The notes below the pieces were generated by a model that saw only the letters and a program-made list of their open reading frames with translations, was not told the origin of the DNA and did not search any database. This document shows positions 60,426 to 64,000 of a stretch of 64,000 nucleotides of DNA, piece after piece. Position numbers and translations under genes: made by a program. The stretch is from Eledone cirrhosa (Eukaryota): contig OZ024743.1 of assembly GCA_964016885.1 (NCBI GenBank), positions 272,304,001-272,368,000 of the forward strand. The letters run 5' to 3'. Numbering within the stretch: position 1 is the first letter of the stretch; every line of letters starts with the position of its first letter.

Positions 60426-61336
60426 TATGCATGTATCTACCTATAAGGTGTTCATTTCTACCAAGGAAACAAAACTCTATCGCTGGTATTCAGATTGTAG
60501 CAATGATATGTCTTACTTTGGAAAAATCTTTCGTTTACAGTTTATGTTCCCAAAATGCCTTTTAGCTGATCACCATCTTAGTCATTTACTAACATAGTTA
60601 AGTGAACCAATAATCATATTATTCATTATATGGAAATTTATAATTAATGTAGGGAGCTTATAGGTTTCGAAGCATTTGTAAATATCATCTTATATTTTAG
60701 ATGAAATGTTCCCATCTCAAAACAGGCAGATACTACTCTTATATAAACTCTAACGAGGAAATCGTATATATTCATCGAAATTCCCACCATCCTTAAGCTA
60801 TAATTAGAATCATTGAAAGAGAGAAATATCCAATTTATCCCCAGATACAGGTAGATAGAACTAGACCCCATTACAACGAGGCGTTAGCAAGGAATGTTCT
60901 AATGAGACGTTAAAGCAGAGTAGATTCTTCCCCCCCAAACCCTAGTTCAACCATTTGTTCAACTTAGTAGTCTGCACTAGCATAGACAGGAATTATTTAC
61001 TCTCACTAGATACCTCTTCACAAGCACACTGAAACACCACAAGATTTTTAATATACATAATGCTAAAGTTGGTTACTCTCGCCTAACCATTAAAGCACAC
61101 GCCTACTGAGAAGAACATACACTGGCGCATGCTTTAACTCACACTCCCAGCCCTTTATATATTTATATTCTCGCATATACTCGTGTACACGTCGTATCGG
61201 CTGATAAGTCCACTTTACAAACATCATAAAATATACCATATATCTTAAACTGAACATTTATAGCTCCAGGAGATATGTATCTCGGTGATTTTTCCCGTCA
61301 TATGAAAAAAAGGTGCGACTTATACATTAGTATATA

Positions 61337-61484
61337 CTAGCAGAATGGCCGGCGTTGCTTGGGATTTGCTTTAGGGTTCTTATATATTTGATATATATTT
61401 ATCCTTATCGAGCCTCGTGAAATAAATACGGTTGTTTATATTTTGTTATTGTGCATGCAAAAATATCTGTACACGAATATATAA

Positions 61485-61487
<3 letters not shown>
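61337..61487 (-). mobile_element. Possible short non-autonomous Helitron-like element
   Basis: Minus strand starts A|TC at 61487 and ends with an imperfect GC-rich hairpin (CCCAAGCAACGCCGG) followed by CTAG|T at 61337. Confidence 0.4.
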
Positions 61488-61552
<65 letters not shown>

Positions 61553-61560
<8 letters not shown>

Positions 61561-62261
61561 TAAAGTATGTCCATAGAATCATTTGATAAAATATACACAC
61601 CATTTCCTCTCCCAATTAGCATAATTAACCACATAAAAAATCAATTAGACCAGGCTATAAGAATAAAGGCTCCTATGAAGAAATATTTGATAAATAAACG
61701 ACAGCAGCCTCTTCGCGGCCGACCGCAATAGAATATTTACCCAACATTTCAACAGCATGTAGAAATCGACTAAATATACCGTCAACCATACACTATTAGG
61801 TATAAATTTAAAGTTAGTAGAAATGCGTACACTCTTACCATGATTATGTCCCTACCCTGGGCTTTCGTTCGCGTTTTGAGATATCCTATTAAGGATAAAA
61901 TCTCGAGTTTCGAACTCATCAGGAGAAAAACTCATAGGACAGGTAATTTTCCAAAGCGATCTCCGCCAGAAATAGATTAAAAATGGCTAAGAATCGTGAC
62001 ATGGCAGTGGTCAAGTTGGAAAGAATGTGATTAGTTGCTTACGGCGAGTGGGCAGGTTGCTAGAAAGCGCAGCCCAATATTGCCCAAATTGCATCTCAAA
62101 CTAATGGAAGATTATTAAATATAAAGATTTACATATACACAAACTAAACAAAGTCACAGATATATATGTGGCAACCATTCACGATGTGGCTCAACGAAGA
62201 ATTAATAAATTAAATAATCAGAGCAATATATCATAAAGTATGTCCATAGAATCATTTGATA

Positions 62262-62264
<3 letters not shown>
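61553..62264 (-). mobile_element. Retrozyme-like element (673-bp unit plus 39-bp terminal direct repeat)
   Basis: ATATATCATAAAGTATGTCCATAGAATCATTTGATAAAA at 61553-61591 and 62226-62264. Internal HHR, no meaningful ORF, (TA)n flanks. Confidence 0.72.
61849..61926 (-). ncRNA. Type I hammerhead ribozyme with extended stem II
   Basis: Minus strand reads TCTC-CTGATGA-GTTCG...(TATCCT/AGGATA hairpin)...CGAAC-GAAA-GCCCAGGG-TA-GGGA. One mismatch in stem III. Confidence 0.68.
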
Positions 62265-62304
<40 letters not shown>

Positions 62305-62307
<3 letters not shown>

Positions 62308-64000
62308 AAAGTTCTATTTAAATTGTTGGGATACAACAAGCAAATATTTTTATAACTGATATAAAGCACTCAACAAATAATTGGAGTAAAAATACGATAT
62401 TAACAAATGGAAACTATATTTATAAAACCATATTTATTTCACTATACATATTTCAAGGACACCAAGTTAAATTATGGTGTGCTTTCATCAGATAAAATAT
62501 AATATAGAGCAGTTTTATAAATAAATATTGACATACCCTTAAAGAATGCAACCATTACTGTTGGAAGCTCCCGGATAGTGGAGTTATATCTTTAATTATA
62601 CTATTAGGTAAGTTAGTATTGGATATTTTAAAAATAAGCCGTTGGGTTACGGAGAAAGAGAAAGAGAGAGAGAGCAGAATAACATACACACATATCGATA
62701 CACACATACATATATATATACACACATATAGAGAGAGACAAGTATATATAAATACAGTAGATAGTATAATTGAAGTACATAAAATACAAAAGAATTATAT
62801 TACGATTTGGAAATATAATTATAAGCAATATAAATATAAAACAATAGAACTTTAAAAATATTATAGAATATTTCAAGTTATAATTTCAAAATAATAATAT
62901 GTTTAATAAATTTAGTATAAAAATTTTCTACGTATGTTTAACTTAATTTTATATCCATAAGAGAAAGAAAAAGAAACTTTCAAAAGATAAACTTTCGAAA
63001 ATAGGAGAAACTATAAAAAAATATTTTCCCCTTTTAAGAGCTTTCAGTATATTTCTCTAGAAGAGTTTATTATATTTATTTATATTTAGGAAAAACAGTT
63101 TTTTTACGTGAGTGTATAAGCAGTCAAAAAATGAAGGAATCTAATGATTTATCGATAGGTTCAATATATTAATAGAATTAATTAATTCATTATATATTAC
63201 ATTTTAAATTTATATTTAAACGTTGGGTTCAATCTATGTCTACAGCAACTGAATACATTGTTCCTTAGGTTCAGGGAATTTTTGGTCTTTAATATAAAGA
63301 ATATTTCCTCTATATAAAGATCACAATTTTCTGAAGAGGAGTTAAATGGAGTAGCTTCTGAAATAATATTCCAAATCAACGAATATTCAACGTTCTTTAG
63401 TTTGAGGTCCCATAATAAGCTAGATAAAGAAGTTGAAGATTTTTTGTTTGGATCTGTAAAAGAATTTTTATGATTATTGAAGCTGGATTTAAACTCTGTG
63501 GAAGTGGATCCCACATAATTAAATGAATTTAAATTAGTTTTTACATTACAATTATATACTATATTTTTAGCTAAGCAATTGTTATTTAACGGACAGTTAG
63601 ATTTATTTCTAAAGTTACATTTATCAAATTGGATATTGCTTGGGTTATTATTGGTATTTTGGTTAGGTTTTAAATTTCTATTATTAATTCTATTAATATT
63701 TTGCGCTAAGTTTTTGGTGGAAGAATAAGTTAATTTTATAATATGTCTATTAAAGATTGAATGATATCTATGTGTTCTAGGGAAGCATTTGTCAAGAGCT
63801 TTAAAAGATAGTTTAGTAATAGGGGTTTTGATATTTAATGAAAAAGGAGGAGCGAACCATAATATGTTCCTAGTTCTATTTCTTTTTTTGTTTTCGGAAT
63901 TATTGTAAGGTTTTCTATTATAGTTGTTAAAATTGTTAAAATAGTTAAAATTGTTACGATTATGGTTAGTTGTTATATTATTATTATTAATGTATTTAAT
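62305..64000 (-). mobile_element. Decayed PLE-E' (paralogue of 48046-50346), running to the window end
   Basis: Track ORF 63197..63514 is nearly identical to 48466..48783. Shared 3' UTR with an internal deletion. HHR at 62436-62498. Confidence 0.82.
62436..62498 (-). ncRNA. Type I hammerhead ribozyme of PLE-E'
   Basis: Same core as 50241-50303; stem I ATTTTAT/GTGAAAT (A-U pairs replaced by G-U). Confidence 0.78.

Noticed and set aside
61171-61336. Degenerate Tc2-like MITE
   Set aside because: TIR-like strings are too decayed and no TSD is visible.

Overview
AT-rich animal genomic DNA with no recognisable host gene. The (TA)n/(CA)n load and the tRNA-derived SINE suggest an octopus-like cephalopod (inference). 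Nearly all short ORFs in the track are microsatellite translations. The real content is a nested set of mobile elements inserted in (TA)n: (i) at least five families of Penelope-like retroelements (PLEs; RT plus C-terminal GIY-YIG), including a 12-kb inverted pair (PLE-A) and a 22.7-kb tandem-plus-inverted array (PLE-B) with one intact 817-aa ORF; (ii) about 20 type I hammerhead ribozyme (HHR) motifs from roughly 10 sequence families, folded by eye, many with palindromic stem III and long stem II; (iii) several non-coding HHR-bearing retrozyme-like elements; (iv) a CR1/L2-group LINE with an open APE-RT ORF, SINEs and a decayed pogo/Tc2 transposon. The main structural pattern is that five insertions are tail-out palindromes with one long and one short 3' arm. 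In four of them, and at several other element ends, a TGAGT(A/G/T)C-like motif lies about 35-60 nt before the long 3' end and is missing from the short end. No computation or database search was run, so clade names are provisional.
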